Assembly (NCBI GenBank): GCA_950097015.1
Contig: CATNEN010000007.1
Span: 9,300,001 to 9,364,000 of the forward strand
Source: Macrostomum hystrix
Taxonomy: Eukaryota > Animalia > Platyhelminthes
Direction: 5' to 3'
DNA: 64,000 nt
The position numbers were made by a program, and so were the translations under genes. Under the pieces are notes generated by a model. That model made no database searches. It worked only from the letters and a program-made list of their open reading frames with translations, and was not told where the DNA came from. Below, piece after piece: positions 60,501 through 64,000 of the stretch (positions are counted from its first letter, which is position 1; every line of letters starts with the position of its first letter).

Positions 60501-63462
60501 AATGAAGCGGCGCCCCTCCGGATACTGCGGCGTCTTGGCGCGCATATCCCAGGCCACCATGCCGATGTCGTTGGAGCCGCGCGGCCGGTTCTGCTCGGCC
60601 AGCTGGCCGTCGGCTCCCAGGACCAGCTCGCGACACTGCAGCGTCTCCGGCGGGACTGGCAGCTTGGCTGACGTCCAGGACGACTGCAGAGACTGCAGAG
60701 TATAGGTATGGATTAGAATTAGGACATAAAAGTAGATTGGGCGTGGATTAAGGATTAATAATAATAATTGCAGGAGGGCTGCAGGCAAGGCACGTCATTT
60801 AGCCAGCACTAGACCAAAGTGACACTAGGCCAGCAGCCAGCGAAGAGTCAATTCTGCCCACTTCCTGAGCACACACGCACACATGTGCCCTTCACTGTGC
60901 CTCGGAGGTTGGCCCTTAAGGGCTGCGCCTCAAATGTGGCCTCGCCACGGAATTGAGGGACCTTGGAGCGAGAGGCAAACGCGTTCACAGCTCTGCCCCT
61001 TAGCCCCGTGGATTAAGGAAGGTTTTGGATGCGTTAGCTTACCTGCAGAAACAGGTCGGGAAAGTCGTACACATAGGTGGTGCCAAAGTTATTGGCCAGA
61101 GACCGCTTGACCTGCATGTGATCCTTGGTCTGGTAGGGCGTGCTGAGCGACATGTTCTGCAGGGGCCCCGGGCTGCTGGCCGACTCGTGCGTCGAGAAGA
61201 TGGTCTGGCCGGTCTTGGCGTCGGTGACCTCGTTGTAGACTTGGTAGGCCAGGCTGACCCCGGACTCGTTGGACAGCACAATGCGGATGGGGGTGCCGCG
61301 GCCGGTTGGCGACTCGCGCACGCTCAGTTTGATTTCAGCCTGCAGAATTCGCAGCTTCCAGAAGCGGTCGCCGTAGCGGTAGACCATTCGCAGCACGGTG
61401 TCCTCCAGCTGCTTCATGTCGGTCAGGGTGAGGGTGGGCACGAAGTTCATGAAGATGTGGTTGCAGTCGGTCCTCTGCGCGTCCGGGTTGGTGCCGAAGG
61501 CCAGCTCGATGGAGTCCAGGGCTTCCAGGATGACCCGCTCGGCCTCGTGCTTCAGATAGTCGAAGGAGGCCTCCTTGGTGACCAGGTCGGCATGCCGGAT
61601 GATGCAGCGGGCGAAGAAGCGGTAGTCGGTGACGGGGAAGGCACTGGCCACGGGCAGGGCCTTGGCCAGGTACAGGTGCATGCGATGGTTGGGCACGTCA
61701 AGCGTCTCCAGCTCGAAGTTGCGCAGCCGGCTGATCTCCAGCTGGAAGGCCAGCGCGGGCTCCAGGTGCCGGTAGACCACGTCTTCTTCGTAGCCGTCTC
61801 GGCAGCGGAATGTGAAGTACTTCGGGTAGTCCCGCTGCGGTTTCAGGGGAGAATTCAATTTCGTGCACTTTGCAGCTCTAATTAACGGCTTAAATTAATT
61901 GACAATTACCTGACTAGAGTACCTGCAAACCAGTTCTGTACATCAGTAGCTATTTGTCAGTGGAGCAGGGTCTACTTGTCAGTGGAGCAGGGCCTACTTG
62001 TCAGTGGAGCAGGGCCTACTTGTCAGTGGAGCAGGGCCTACTTGTCAGTGGAGCATGGCCTACTTGTCAGTGGAGCATGGCCTACTTGTCAGTGGAGCAT
62101 GGCCTACTTGCCAGTGGAGCAGGGTCTACTTGTCAGTGGAGCATGGCCTACTTGTCAGTGGAGCAGGGCCTACTTGTCAGTGGAGCATGGCCTATTTGTC
62201 AGTGGAGCAGGGCTTACATGTAGCACGCAGATAAACGTGACTCGCCGAATTCCTCGCTCCTTCATCAGGTCCGACTTAAACGCTATCGCCTTCTTGAGCT
62301 TGGCGCTGAGGTGATTGTCCAAACTGTGGCCGGACAGGCCCTCATAGTCTGCTGGCCACAGACGAATGGCCAGGTTGATGATGTGAATCGGCTCCTCCAG
62401 CGGGTTGTCCTGTTAGGGTGACGGCAGACGAACCGGTTCCATAGTTTGCTCATTACTCACAACAAATCAATAAATCAAAATAATATTAATCAAACGACTA
62501 AGGGCTTCCATCACCATAAAAGTAAGTTTCCCAGACAATTTACGCGCTAATTCTAATTCAAATATTCGAATGTTCAAATATTCCTGTAATTTTAATACAG
62601 GAATTTTCCACCACTCAACAGTCGAAGGTAATTTCCTGCAATTGACAAGTGATTTACCAAAAATCGTAAAGCTAATTTCTCAGAGCAATCCCCAAGACAA
62701 ATGGGTAGAATCCCAAATTCAACTGGTAACTTCGCCCACCGAATGTTAATTTCCCACACCTGACAGGTAACTTCCCACACCTGACAGGTAACTTCCCACA
62801 CCCAACAGTTAACTTCCCACAGCCGACAGGTAACTTCCCACAGTCGACAGGTAATTTCCAAGAACCGGCAGGTAATTTCCAAGAACCGACAAGTATTTTC
62901 CTAGTCTAAACAGGTAGCTTTCCAGACCCGACAGTTGATTTCAACTACTCAACAGGTAATGTCCGAGTACATAATTTGTACTTTAAAATTTGTAAACACA
63001 AAACTTACTGTTTCATATGGCGGCCCCTGGAAGGCGATGGGAGCGCTCTCCTGCGCGCCAGGATACGGGCTCTGCGGCGGGCTGATCTTGAACCGGTCCA
63101 ACACCTCGTCGAAGCTGTTCTCGAACTCCTGCAGCGAGGCGAAGGCGGTCATAGCACCCATGCGCTGGCAGGGCGGCGGGAACATGCACACGTCTAGCAG
63201 GGCGAGGTTCTCGCCGTAGGAGCTGGCGGTGGAGTAGGCCTGCAGGCTGGCAGCGGAGCCCATGCGCTTTAAGTGGCCGCCGTCAGCCAGAATCTGGTGC
63301 CGGGAGCCGGCCGATGGCGAGCGCCGATGACCGGCAGCGGCGGTGGAACCGAAAGCTGAATCCGAGCCACCGGGCACCTCCTGGGAATCCGTGAGCGATT
63401 CGCTGCTGTCGTTGGCCCGCTCCAGGGACGCGATGGAGAACCGCTTGGTTGGTGTCTTGTGC
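57563..63462 (-). CDS. ACACA: Acetyl-CoA carboxylase, central and carboxyltransferase domains (5' part beyond the window); exons 63462-63009, 62409-62218, 61834-61043, 60692-60289, 59868-59538, 59453-58893, 58774-58358, 58066-57563
   Basis: Motifs [106 protein letters not shown] and [11 protein letters not shown]. Confidence 0.97.
59930..60235. repeat. 21-bp minisatellite (TGGTTGCTTGGCGGATGTGGG), ~14 copies, in an ACC intron
   Basis: Visible tandem units. Confidence 0.95.
60757..61007 (-). mobile_element. SINE family B copy in an ACC intron
   Basis: Homologous to 28415-28750 (TTCACTGTGCCT.GGAGGTTGGCCC and GCGAGAGGCAAACGCGTT), with an (ATT)n tail on the minus strand. Confidence 0.75.
61950..62217. 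repeat. 22-bp minisatellite (CCTACTTGTCAGTGGAGCAGGG), ~12 copies, in an ACC intron
   Basis: Visible tandem units abutting the splice donor at 62217. Confidence 0.95.
62745..62935. repeat. Degenerate 21-bp minisatellite (GACAGGTAACTTCCCACACCT) in an ACC intron
   Basis: Visible tandem units. Confidence 0.85.
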
Positions 63463-63544
63463 CTGTTAGGGCAGACATGAGGTCATAGACTATAATAGAC
63501 CATAGACTATGCGCCGATACTATGCACAACCCTCTGGCCCTGGT

Positions 63545-63820
63545 GGGGACCGACAGAAAGATTTGGGAAATGGACAGGTAGGGACCAACAGAAGGATTGG
63601 GGAAATGGACAGGTAGGGACCAACAGAAGGATTGGGGAAATGGACAGGTAGGGACCAACAGAAGGATTGGGGAAATGGACAGGTAGGGACCAACAGAAGG
63701 ATTGGGGAAATGGACAGGTAGGGATCAACAGAAGGATTTGGGAAATGGACAGGTAGGGATCAACAGAAGGATTGGGGAAGTGGACAGGTAGGGACCAACA
63801 GAAGGATTGGGGAAGTGGTC
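63545..63820. repeat. 35-bp minisatellite (GGACAGGTAGGGACCAACAGAAGGATTGGGGAAAT), ~8 copies, in an ACC intron
   Basis: Visible tandem units. Confidence 0.95.
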
Positions 63821-64000
63821 AGGCGGAGGCCGAGTGAAAGGTTTTCGCTATAAATGAGTTTTACTTCCTATTTTGACTATTTCTGTGGTTGTTGTCAGGA
63901 TTAAAAAGAGCTAAGACCTGGTCACGAGGTAAGTACACTGTACAACAAGGCAAAATAAAATTTCTCAAATACGTTAAAACTGAAACCTCAAACTAGGAGC

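Overview
This is eukaryotic animal genomic DNA with GC-rich exons, GT-AG introns, many minisatellites, SINEs and MITEs. The style suggests a free-living flatworm such as Macrostomum; that is an inference, not something the sequence proves. I assembled exons by hand from splice sites and reading phase. Genes in order: an ankyrin-repeat + Mab-21/cGAS-like receptor fusion (5' end outside the window), a membrane-anchored JmjC/cupin protein, HMBS, an SLCO/OATP transporter (-), an anoctamin, a small PPxY membrane protein (-), an MTRES1-like protein (-), an orphan type-II membrane ORF, a disrupted acid sphingomyelinase, a DEG/ENaC channel, a SLIMP-like degenerate seryl-tRNA synthetase, and the 3' half of acetyl-CoA carboxylase (-). 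Three observations stand out. (1) Three separate ORFs splice in frame into one ANK-cGLR candidate immune sensor with an intact catalytic triad. (2) Two mitochondrial-protein genes have no ATG of their own and start in phase 0 right after an unpaired splice acceptor, consistent with a flatworm spliced-leader AUG and possible operons. (3) Roughly 1-kb CpG-free, TAGGCCTA-rich blocks lie upstream of those genes and of the JmjC gene, suggesting a localized methylation footprint.
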